Source: Epiperipatus broadwayi
Lineage: Eukaryota > Animalia > Onychophora
Length of the DNA stretch: 64,000 bases
Direction: 5' to 3'
Assembly (NCBI GenBank): GCA_028023455.1
Contig: JAQFVV010000001.1
Location: 30,566,001-30,630,000 of the forward strand
The notes beneath the pieces are model-generated. The model was not told the DNA's origin, searched no databases, and was given only the letters and a program-made list of their open reading frames with translations. The translations under genes were made by a program, and so were the position numbers. Shown piece after piece: positions 52,414-64,000 of this stretch. How positions within the stretch are numbered: the first letter of the stretch is position 1; every line of letters begins with the position of its first letter.

Positions 52414-55296
52414 TCATCATCATCATCAACAATTATCAGTCCACTGCAGGATGAAGGTCTCTCCAAGTTCAATCCATTTCTGATCTTTAGCTTCTCTTCT
52501 CCACATCACCCCTGCACACTTTCTTATTTTATCCATCCATCTAACATGTGGTCTCTTTCTGGGTCTTTTACAATCTCTTGAAATACAGTTTAAGATTTCA
52601 ATTGCACATCTATTATCATCTCTTCTAGCAATATGTCCAGCCTAACTCCACTTCAATCTTTTAATTTTTTCAATGAGATCAGTAACACCTGTTTGTTCTC
52701 TTACCCATACATTGTGTTTTCGATCGCTTCTTCTTACTCCCAACATGAATCTCTCCATACTTCTTTGAGTAGTCTGAAGTCTCTATTGTTCTTCTATTAA
52801 GTGTCCAAGTCTCATATCCATAAGTAACAATTGGTAAAACACATTTATTAAAAACCTTCCTTTTCAAACACATAGCATATTTCCTTTTAGTATCAACTTA
52901 TTTCTATCAAAAGTATTCCAACCAAGTTTAATTCTATGATTAATTTTATCCATTATGTTTCCATCTGTATTAATAATCTGACCAAGGTATTTGTAACTAT
53001 TAACTTCTTCTTACTCATCATAATCAATCTTTATTTTCATATTTTGAGAAAATCGATTAAACATTATAGTCTTTTTAACATTTATTTTTAGTCCTACTTT
53101 CATCTGATAACTCCTGCAATATTTCCTGCAGCTCTAAAGCATTATTTTCAAAAACAACTACATCATCTGAAAAATCTAAATGACTTAAATAATCTCCATT
53201 TACTTTCACTTCTTTAGCTTCCCATTTTAATCCACAAAATACTTCTTGCAGCACTGCTGTAAAAAGTTTTGGAGATATGGAGTCACCTTATCTTACACCT
53301 TTCTCAATGTTGACTTTCCCAGTACCATTATGTAATCTAATTGTTGCTGTTGCATTTTTATAAATATTCTTTAAAATATACAATATCCTGGATCTATACC
53401 TTGATGATCCAATGCTTTAATCACTGAAGAAATGTTTATAGAATCAAATGCCTTTTCATAATCTATAAATCCGAAACATAATGGCAACTCATATTCATTT
53501 GTTTTTTGTATAATTTCTCTCAATACCTGGATATGATTTACTTTACTAAAATCACTTTTAAATCCAGCTTGTTCTCTTGGTTGGTGGAAATCCAATGTTC
53601 TCTGTAGATGAGTTGTAATTATCTTGGTAAAAGTTTGTATAAAACTGACGAAAAGCTAATAGGTCTGTAATTTTTAATATCTTCTTTATCACCTTTTTTA
53701 ATATTAATATTGCATTCTTCCAATCATCTGGTACATCTTTATCATTTAGACATTTGGTATATAACTTTGCTAAAAAAAATTCTATTTCTTCACCTGCTTC
53801 TTTTAATATATCAATTGTAAGTCCATCATTACTTGAAGCCTTTCTTCATATATTTAATTGCATGTCACTTCTTCATTTAAAATTATGGGCAGGTCAGAAT
53901 CTTAATAAAAGTACCCATTTCATGATGTTATCTCTCTTTTTAGTAATAATTCCGCCTTTTTTTCTTATTGCAGATATAAATTTCTTACTAATCCCAAAAT
54001 GTTGCTTTATATTCTTGATACTTTTGTTTTCTTCTACAGCTTTTCTGGCTAGTTCACAGTTATACTTTCTTATATCATTTTCAACTCTTTTCCACACCAT
54101 TTTACAAAATTCAAGATATTCAATCCTTTTTAATGCATCATTTTTGTATATCTTCATATTCCTTCTTTTCTTCATAAATTCTCTAGTCTCAGTAAAAAAT
54201 TTATTGGTCAACTGCTGCTTTTTTCTACCAGCTATCTTTGTTAAAGTTTTTAAAAGTGTATCAGTTATTTTCATATTAATTTCATTCAAATCTGAATCAT
54301 GTTCAAAATCTACTCATACTTGAAACCGATTTATAAGTTCTAATTTCAATTTATTAGAATGTTTCTGAAGATTAGGAATATCAACTGTAAATATTGTTTT
54401 TTTTTAATAATTTTTGTCTCTCTAGTTTTGCATTGACATGTATCTTACATCTTACTATTCGATGATCACTTCCTGTGTTAAATTTATTAAGAACATTACA
54501 ATCTTGAAATATGTATTTTCTGTTAGGCAAAATATAATCCAATTCTGGTGTACCTTCATTTGGATGCTTCCATACCCATTTCCTTTTAACATTTTTTTCA
54601 AAAAAAGAATTCATAATATAAAGGTTTTTTTTTTCTGCAATCTCCACAAGTCTATGTCCTCTCTCATTTCTATTACCATAACCAAAATTACCTACAGCAT
54701 TTTCATCTTTCATTTGTTTACCAATTCTAGCATTAAAGTCTCCAATAATAATTTTAAAATGTTGTTCCCTCTGATCAAACACCTTTTGTACATCCATATA
54801 AAAATCTTTTATTACTTCATCACTATGAAAACTTGTTGGGGCATAAACCTGAATTATCTGCATTTGGTATCTGCTATTAAGTTGTATAACTAATCTTGCC
54901 ACTCTGTCCGATACACCATCAATCTCCACAATGTTGTTCTTCCACTTTTTTATTTATAATGAATCCTACTCCACTATTATTTTCAATATTTGTGCTTTTA
55001 TAATAGAGTACATGTCCAGTTTTTAAATCAATTGTCTCTTCACCTTTTCTTCTAACTTCACAAAGTCCAATAATGTTCCATTTAATATAAAACAGTTATT
55101 CTAATTCTTGCAATCTTCCTTTACTTGAGAGTGATCTGAAGTTGTAATTACCTAAATAAAAAGTCATCAAATGGCAGCCTGGGTCTGCAATCAGGGGATT
55201 CTTAGCACCCTCCACCTTCGGCCCCTAACCATTGCCTTAGTTGGTGACTTTACAGTCTCTTGGGAATAAAGGCCATGATTTATTTTTGTCTGTCAT
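52414..55296 (-). mobile_element. RTE-clade LINE, near full length but inactivated
   Basis: EN: NIIGLCEVRRK, IIQVYAPTS, IIIGDFNARIG, GYGNRNERGHRL, ELDYIL. RT: QPREQAGF, GFIDYEKAFDSI, HLDFSDDVV, YKYLGQ. 3' end CCTGCAGTGGAC followed by a (TGA)n tail at 52414-52427. Confidence 0.93.
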
Positions 55297-55431
55297 AATT
55301 ATATATATATATGTATTGAAAAAATATTTATCATTTACACAAACATTTACTCTGCCTTATAAGGCAACTGAGAAGAAAGACCATGGGGTTTCTTGATCTT
55401 AAACTCAAAGGTAAAAATCCAATAAACTCAC

Positions 55432-55507
55432 CATGCTCGCTAATGTGTGTTGGTGAGCAGCCCATCCATGATCATATACTATATGAATAATCACATAGTA
55501 ATAACAA
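55432..55507 (-). CDS. candidate exon of an unidentified minus-strand gene (CYYYVIIHIVYDHGWAAHQHTLASM)
   Basis: TTGTAG acceptor, one open frame and a strong ATG|GTGAGT donor at 55431. It could instead be a 5' UTR exon ending in the start codon. Confidence 0.35.
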
Positions 55508-56819
55508 CTACAATGACAAGAAGTATGGAGTGGATATTAGGAAATTTGCCCTGCTTGCTTCCTTTAAGACCTCCAAGAGGAATCAAAAGGTTTTCTTTCA
55601 GTTAATAGCAAACTTCTTTCCACAGCCATAATATGTCTAAACAAACTTCATTCTGCAGAAATCAATAACTAACTCCATATAATATATAACTATTTACACC
55701 ATCTATTTACCACTTAAATTATTAGGGGAAATAACTATACAAAAATGTATATGAGATACACTTAAAAACCATGCTCAAACATATACCAAATCAATTTTTC
55801 TGAACAGCCAGCCATTCCTTTGAGCCTACATCTGCTACCATCATATGCCTAAAGTGCAACAATGCCAAGTGTAAACTGAAAGAGGCCTGACACATAACTA
55901 AAAATGCCCTTAACAAGAAAGGTTCTTGCATTCCCCTCTCTAAAAATGAACTACTTAACAAAATAATTAGCTATTCAGTTATGCTAATCACTCATTCATA
56001 TTTCTTTAATAAAGCTGGTAATATTTTCCCTTTGTCAGTTGCCATGACTATGATGAATATAACTTAGTCAAAAGTGCACTAAGCAAAAATTGTGAATTTT
56101 ATTCAGATTTTAAGCGTATCTCATATACATTTTTGCATATAGTTATTTTCCACATTACATTTTCTTGAGATATTTCACATCAAAATTTTCAATGTTACAT
56201 TTAAATTATTATTATTATTTTTACATCGATATTGTTCATAAAATTTATGGGGCTTTTCTTTTGTTAATTTTAATATCAGCTTTGGGATTGTCATATATTT
56301 TAACTTTAGAAAACATTGCAAGTAATTTTCTCCTTAAAACATTTTTATTTGAAGAGATCCAGGGTCAACAGAGAATAACCCATTCTTTATTTTTCTAAAA
56401 TTAAGTCTTATCTCTCCAGATATTTTGTAAGTAGTAGAGATATCATTTGGGATAACTCATATAATAGAATATTCTCTTCATTCTGAAGCAGTTCTTTTAT
56501 TTTATTCCATCCACTGTCAGTGGAACTTGACATTTTATCAATGATAATCCATCGATTTGATTTCAGGATATTATTAAATTGTTTTACTCTTTTTGATCTT
56601 ATATTATTTTGTCTTTATTTTGTAGGGTTTACAAAATTGAACACTTCTATTTTTAATTTTCTGTATATGTTCTTCATCCTTTTTAATAGTTAGGTAGCAG
56701 AATTCATTTTGTTGCTTAAAGGTAAAAACTTCAAAAGATTTCTTAAATATATATCTCTGAAACTCATCTACAACTGTTCTTATTTTTATGAATGCCTGAA
56801 TTAGGACCTCTTTATTAGC

Positions 56820-58543
56820 ATCATTACAAAAGTCAGCAAAATATGGCTATTCAAGTTATATTGAAATAACAGTTTTAAGCAGTGGTTGTTTCTTTCCTCA
56901 GTGTGGATCCCTGCAATACAACTTCAGAAGTAGACTGGACTGGAATTTAAGGCAATATGAAATAAAAATCTGGACTCAATTGGAATCCCTAGTTACAGAT
57001 TTATATATATACACCTGGGTCTCATTCCTCAGAAAATGTGCACAAAAGAAATCACACAAAAATAGACTTAACTTACCTTGAAAAATGGGGGATATGTTCC
57101 AGTAATTTTCAGAAATCGCATAAAAGCAAAGTAACAAGAAAAAATTACTTTAAAATTCACATAAAAAAATAAGGAAATAAAGTATGACTAATAAAAAATG
57201 TCAAATATTTGAAAAAAATTAATACAAGACAAACTTTTTTTATTAACTACAGTATTTAATTTTACATTTTTTCAAACATATTTTAATCATTACTGCTATT
57301 TGACAATATGCATTTGTTTGTGAACTAGTGATGTTCAACTAGTGCGACTTTCAGTCTTGTGCTGTGTTAATGGTTTTCTGTTCTATATTAAAAAAATGAG
57401 ATCGCAATCAAAACAAAAAGATTATACCTTATCATTAAAAAGATTATTTTCAGTTTAAAAAATCAATAAAATCTTCGTTATTTATTTTAACAATCTAAAA
57501 AAATTTTTATTTCTGTTATATCTAACAAAATACATTTTAACAGTTTGAAATTTTTGAATATTTATTGCAATATTTTTATACATAAGTATAAATCTATTAT
57601 TATTATTTACTCATTAGTATAAGTAGATTATTTACATAGAAGCTAAGATTTTAAATACAGCTTCAGGCCATATTCATATTAGCTGCTAATATAACATATT
57701 TTTGAAAAAAAAAAGTATTTCAAGTCAAAATAAGTTATTAATAATTTAAATTTCTTGATATCTAATAAATATAGTGAAATATGAAAGATATTAAGAAGAA
57801 ACATGCATAATTTTAAAATCGCATTAAAATAATCCACATACAATGAGACCCAAGTTTATCTATTTGATGTTGTTCAACACCATGTTTTCCAAATAATGAA
57901 TTTATCACCAGCTAGTTACAAGATTTGATCTGTTTCCATACAACATGTTTTTTGAAACAAATTTATAAATACATCTTGATTTGATACATAACTGAATAAA
58001 TTATTATTTGCTACATAAATAAATGAAAATAAAAAATAGTTTTTTTCTCTCTTTGTTTACATTAACTAGCAGTTTACAGAAGAAAAGTCATTGCCAACAT
58101 TTAAATAAAGGTTGGTAATTTCTAACATATTAATTCCAAAATTTTAATATATTTAGCTTTGCCATCTCATTTTACTATAAAAATGTGGGAAATTTTATTT
58201 AAAACTTAGTTCAGTAAAGGCAAACTAGAAAATATTCAAATTTAGATTTTTAGAAACTAAGTAATTCAAATTTTTTCACATATCAAGAGTACTTTTCTTT
58301 CTTCATTTATATTGCAATTTACCATTATTATTTTCCTGATTACAAAATAAATTTATAAAATATGACCAAATGCATAAACTATTTTTAAAGACAGTTTACT
58401 CAAGTAACATGTATATAATCGCAAATAAATAAATGGCAATTTGTATATTTATTAGTCCACTTGAGTTTTTATTAAACTTTTTTCTTTCTGCAATGTTGTA
58501 ATATAACCAATCTAAACTGCATTGAATTTGTTATAGTTACAAT
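56820..58543. repeat. dispersed old repeat, copy B (interrupted by a pogo-like MITE)
   Basis: Homologous to 51000-51870 on both sides of the 57012-57856 insertion at a TA. Confidence 0.75.
57012..57856 (-). mobile_element. pogo/Tigger-like MITE, copy 2, with nested piggyBac-like MITE fragment (~57370-57775)
   Basis: Ends TA|CACCTGGGTCTC and GAGACCCAAGTT|TA. Termini are the reverse complement of 5400-5646 and 4181-4250. The middle is an inverted match to the 25.5-25.95 kb MITE body. Confidence 0.8.
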
Positions 58544-59644
58544 ATAGAATATAGTGATACGCCCAATCATATGAATTGACAGTTTATATATAGAATCTGG
58601 ATAATGAGATGTAACCAAAGTGATTTTCTACAGCGCAGAAGATGGCATTTAATTCTAATAATTTTTTATCATCTATATACGTTATTATGAATTTGCTGAA
58701 GCTATGTTTTAATATTTTAAAACGCTTTATAAAATTTTGAATAATTTATTTTAAATATAAATTCAGTTCTGGAATTAAAAAAATAATTAATTTCATTTTA
58801 AATATATCTTAATTTTAATAATTGTATAACTAAAACAGTCAAAAAAATAATTATAAATGATATTGATTTAAAATTATCATTATGTAATTTTTTTCAAAAA
58901 AATTTGCATATAAATATAAAGATCATTATATATGCATAATAATTTATTATGGTTTCTTTGTTAGAGTATTTCTAGTGTACTAATTTTAAAATATATTAAT
59001 ATTCTTCAGTTTTTTTCTTGTAGTTTTAAAAACATACATTAAATGTAATATATTGAATGAACAGAAAAGTTTTATTTCTTTTATAAAGTTTTTCAACTTT
59101 ATTTAAAACAACTTTTAAATTTTATTTAAAAAAAAAAGACATTGATATATTCTACATTCAATTTGCAAATGCAAAATGATTGATGATATGATTGCTTAGA
59201 GAAGCATTTTTCAGTAGTCTCGTAGGTTCAAATCTTTAGGTAAATGTCACTATTTTTTTGCTACCGTTTTTACAGCATTGAGGGAAATGTATAAAAAGGA
59301 AATACAATTTTTAAATAAAAAAGCAAAATCATGTGAAGACAAATTAGATAATATAAATTATTAGAATAATATATTTGTGATTGTTAAGGTATTATTCCTC
59401 TTTGCTTTTATTTATTTTTATTGTCTTATAAAACAATAAATTTTCAAATACTTAATTTAGCCATTATGCACTAATGATATTGTGAGATAGCAAAATTATT
59501 TTGTTTTGATATGAAAAAGTGCATCTGACATTATTATAATTTTTATGTTTATTTTGTCAAAGCTAAGAGACTATCTGTTAATATTTTTTAACCATCTACT
59601 TAATCTGTTTCATGAATTAATTATTGTACTGGAACAAGTATATT

Positions 59645-59652
59645 CTATATAG

Positions 59653-59697
<45 letters not shown>

Positions 59698-59703
59698 CTA
59701 TAT

Positions 59704-59734
<31 letters not shown>

Positions 59735-59735
59735 C
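59645..59735. repeat. (TA)n arrays with inverted flanks CTATATAGTTA/TAACTATATAG
   Basis: Read directly. Confidence 0.9.
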
Positions 59736-59952
59736 TATGACAATCTAGACCAATAATCTATAATATCACTTAATGATATTAATAAATATAAATTGTTTGA
59801 TATTATAAAAATAACGGATTAGTTAAATGTATATGATGACATATGAGATTGATTAAAATTGTAATATATATTTTTCTTTTTTTAATGTAAAAGGAAATGA
59901 ATTAAATGACCTTTTTGAAACATTTTCTGTTAAATCTATTTTTAATTGACAA

Positions 59953-60049
59953 GCATTGGTGGTCAAGAGGTCAGCACAGCTGCCTTATAAGCAGTTGTCC
60001 CGGGTTAGCGGGTTCACTTCCTGGCTGATGCTATGACACATGAAAAAAA
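59953..60049 (+). mobile_element. tRNA-Gly(TCC)-derived short SINE, copy 2
   Basis: GCATTGGTGGTCAAGAGGTCAGCACAGCTGCCTTATAAGCAGTTGTCCCGGGTT..GGTTCACTTCCTGGCTGATGC plus ATGACACATG-poly(A); 16-bp TSD AAATCTATTTTTAATT (59932-47 and 60053-68). Confidence 0.85.
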
Positions 60050-63000
60050 TTAAAATCTATTTTTAATTTATAGTGACTTGCTATTAATGCAAAAGCCTTT
60101 TATTAACATAGTTTAATTAATTGTGTTTATGAAATTTTTTGTATGCAGGTAATTAATTTTATCATTGAAGATTAAGTGTAAATAAGATGAGACTTAAAGT
60201 TTTAGTCTTAATTTTTTATATATGTAGCCTTCACTTTGAATAGACATTATAGAAATTTTAAACATTTTTAAATTTTATAAAGGGTTTAATTTACATTACA
60301 TTAGCACTATGACAGTTGTAATTGTTTTCACTGGTAGTACTTTTAAACATTAAATTAAATATTAAACCATTATTTTTTATCAGAGAAAAGTAAATTTGAC
60401 TTCATTTGATGTATATTTTTATTTAGAAATGAAGTAAATTTTAAAAAAATCACATTTGCTTTTTGAAATATTAATAAATTTATATTGTAATCAAAATAAA
60501 AACACTACTTTATCATGCAACTGTCAGGGAGAATTAGAGTTTTATCAGAAACAAAAAAAATATTTTTTGATGTTTGTTTTAAAATGTGAATGAATCAATA
60601 TCTAATAAATCCATCAGTTTATGCTTTAAAAGTTTAAAAAAATGTTAATAATTTTTACAATATGCATTATATTCTAACAAATGATCATTGATTACATGTT
60701 ATTAAACAACTTGTAAGCATCTTCCCTGCAATTTTATTTGTGCAAAAATATAATGTTGTATTTTCAACAAAGTTGGAGACTGCCAAAGCGACATTAGAAA
60801 CCAATCAAGGCAAGGTTTAAATATGATTCAAGTTGCCAAATTTCTAGATAGCCTAATATCTATAGATTTTTTTTCCTAATCAAATATTATGTATAAGATA
60901 TATATGTTGTACCATCACCATTCAGTCAATAGAACAATAAATGCATATAAAATAAATAAAACAATGCTCGAGTACTAATAATATCTTTCATTAATTTTTA
61001 CCACTAGACTTGCTCAAATTAATAATAAAGAATATATATGGTTTGATTTTAAATAAATAAATGATAAAATAATATAATAATAATAATGAGACATTTGGTG
61101 AAAGATATAGTTAATGGAGTACATTGAGAATATTTCCTAAGAACATAATCTCAATGGCATAAGAATACTATTCCCCCTTTTATTCAAATAATAATATAAA
61201 TCCATAGCTTTCTTAAGACTTAAAAATATTACAAATAATCTAATATAATATTAGATAAATTATAATCTCTGTTATTAAAATATAATTATTTCAGATTCTT
61301 TAAATAAATCATTAACTTAATTTATAATATCCTGTAGCCAAGTATGTTGAAGGATTTTGCATCATTCCTAACTACACGTCAACAACAACAACTACAATAA
61401 TAATAATAATAATAATAATCAATATTATTCCTACACTTAATCTAACTATCCATTGATACTATATTTATTATTCAATAATCTGGTCACTAATAATAATAAC
61501 AACAATAATAATACAATTCTCTTATTTATCATGTGATATATTAAAAATGTGGTATAATCTGAATAATATGTGACAATAAGAAATATACTTAATTATATTG
61601 CAGAAATTTAAGTAATATATTTAAGACAAAGTAATATTTTACTATGTGATGTTTCTGTATCATACTCTGAAAAATAATCTTCATTTAATTAAACTATTTT
61701 ATTTATAATATGCAAAATACGTTTGCAAAATATGTTATGTGTTTAATTTTAAAATTCTGTGGATAGAATCTTGCGGAAGTGAATGGGTCAATAATAACAT
61801 GGACAACAAGTTTTATAAAACAATTTTAAAATATGTATTCTATTTAACAAATCAACTTTGTACAAAATATTTGCAATCTTTAATAAAAGCTAACAAATAT
61901 GATATTAAAATTAAAACAAAATATATACAAAATTAAAACAAAAAAAAAGATTAGGTTACTAATTTCCAATCTAAAAAATCGTCAATGTGTAAGCCTTCAC
62001 TCCGGCTAATGAATTTTTACTTACAAATACATATCATGTATAATTATTCAAATTATATTATTTACCTTTCAATATTACATTAAGTTTATTATGAATTAAA
62101 TAAATAAACTATTACTTTACTTTCAGTAAATATAAACAATAAAATACTTAGCATAATATTTTATCAATCAAAATATGTTTTAGGTCTATTCTAGATTAAT
62201 AAAATATGAAGTAACAAAAACAATGTTTATTCATATACTAAAACAATTTGCTTGGCACCATTCTAAGTTGTAAGATATGTGTTTCGTGTTCAAAAAAACA
62301 TAAAATATAAAATTATCAAATAAAATATAAGCATTCATCATACATTTCACATTCCTCAGTTCGATATTTCTTTGTAAATATGCATTATTTCAAAAATATG
62401 ATTTTATGAAAAATCATAATATATCAAAAAAAAAAATTAAATATTAGGAACAGTTATGATTCCTTTATCATCAAAAATATATATTAAAAAAAGAATAATT
62501 ATGATTCTTTTCTCATTTTCCTCGTAAGCATTAAACATTCAAGATCATTTATTTGCATATCTACTTAATTCAAAACCTATCTTGCCTTCTTTTAAAACAA
62601 ATCATCATTCTAAGTTTATTCATTATTCTTCCAGAATACTAGACTACACGATGGATTACTAATGAAATTAAGATGGTGATATAATGTATAGGACATGAAG
62701 GAATAACTAGAGTAAAGACTCAATAATATATATATATATATATTTCAGTAATCCACATGAAAAACAGTATGAAGAAATAGGTATGACCTCATCTAATAAC
62801 TTAAGAAATAATGTCTTGGTATCTTTCAGCACTTACATAGCATTTAAATACAAATATCAAAAACACTGTCCATGGAAATAAATAAAAAAATACAGAGCTA
62901 CGTTAACTATATTTGTATATCAACTACTTAAATATAATATAGATTAATTTTTCCTATCTTCTTAACATATCCTACAAATATAAAACATCGAGAATTTCAT

Positions 63001-63748
63001 TTCCTACTCCCCTATTTACTATCATCTAAAAATTTCAAACAGATTTAAACAATCAACATCGTAAAATAAACTAGTCCATTTTCCCTATAATAAACAAAGT
63101 TAAGACATTAACATTAAATATTATAAGATGTGGTTTCACACACTTAAGCTTTGCCACAAATACAAAATGACTTTGATTAAAATATTTGATCAATATTCAT
63201 ATATTTAAAATAAATATAATATGGTTTCTTTAGCAAAGAATCATATAAAATTATTGTTATTAATAAAGTTATAACGAACTTTATAAATAAAAAATATATG
63301 CATATTTTTATTCATAGCTTATATTTCTTAATAAAAAATCTGTATGTGTTATTAACTCACACATCCGTATGTTCACTCATTTATGTAACATAAGATGAAT
63401 ATTTAAAATTCCAAGCAATTCTCAAAAAATACACCATATGATAATTAAAGCAATTTAAATTACCTATATGATTTATTATTTGTGATCACATTTTTGATGT
63501 TTTCTGGTCCAATTTACATAAAATAAGAAAATCACAAATATCATCCATACTGCACTCATCATAAACTAATATACTTTAAATAAATTTTTTTAAAAATTAA
63601 AAAAAAAAATTGTTAAAAGATTTAAAAAAATAATATTATTAGAATTAAAAGTAACTTCTACTGTAACCTATAAATAAATTATAATTCTAATGTTAGTATA
63701 ATTTTTTAAAAATAGCAAATAACTAATAATAATGAAATTTAAAGTTAC

Positions 63749-63861
63749 AAATTCCCATCTTCATAAAATCCTTCTCTAACAGTTCTGTTAATAACTTAGG
63801 GGACTGCACAGTTGCTAAGCAACGAATATTGTTCAAAGCTTTTGTTCTCCTTCGAACTTTC
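63749..63861 (-). CDS. candidate exon of an unidentified minus-strand gene (KVRRRTKALNNIRCLATVQSPKLLTELLEKDFMKMGI)
   Basis: T-rich tract + CAG acceptor at 63862-64, protein-like open frame, higher GC than flanks, possible donor GTAACT at 63748 (otherwise it reads to TAG at 63723). Confidence 0.55.
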
Positions 63862-64000
63862 CTGGTATATAAAACAAAAACACAATAAAAAAATGTTTGT
63901 CCACTTTCAAAAAATCTGCCAAAATCTTGAAAAATAATATCCATGCTATAGCTAAAGATTTTTAATACAGTCTATTTTCTGCAAATCTTTTCAGGTGACC

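Noticed and set aside
53754-54893. Plus-strand ORFs of 189 and 151 aa
   Set aside because: Antisense shadows of the RTE LINE, hydrophobic because of strand composition; no domain motifs.

Overview
Very AT-rich eukaryotic (metazoan, probably invertebrate) genomic DNA with no prokaryotic gene organisation. The only confidently identified host coding sequence is the terminal exon of a tankyrase gene (+, 19453-19530, AYPEYLITYQIMKPDSESESTSLAS*). Its upstream exons were not found, which implies an intron of at least 19.4 kb. A few unidentified candidate exons lie at 23.6 kb (+), 55.4 kb (-) and 63.8 kb (-). The rest is mostly decayed and often nested transposons: CR1/L2-type and RTE LINEs, Penelope-like (GIY-YIG) fragments, two hAT/Charlie-type elements with TIRs and 8-bp TSDs, a piggyBac transposase pseudogene with TTAA-flanked MITEs, pogo/Tigger derivatives, fold-back MITEs, a Gypsy gag remnant and two tRNA-Gly-derived mini-SINEs with TSDs. 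The most notable signal is five type I minimal hammerhead ribozyme folds. Three have a non-canonical A3-U8 core (AUGAWUA) with covarying stems, one has U3-A8 and one is canonical. Also noted are a possible fossil TnpB/Fanzor-like gene (~49.9-50.2 kb) and a decayed BIR (IAP)-like domain (~39.8 kb). All calls were made by eye, without database searches.
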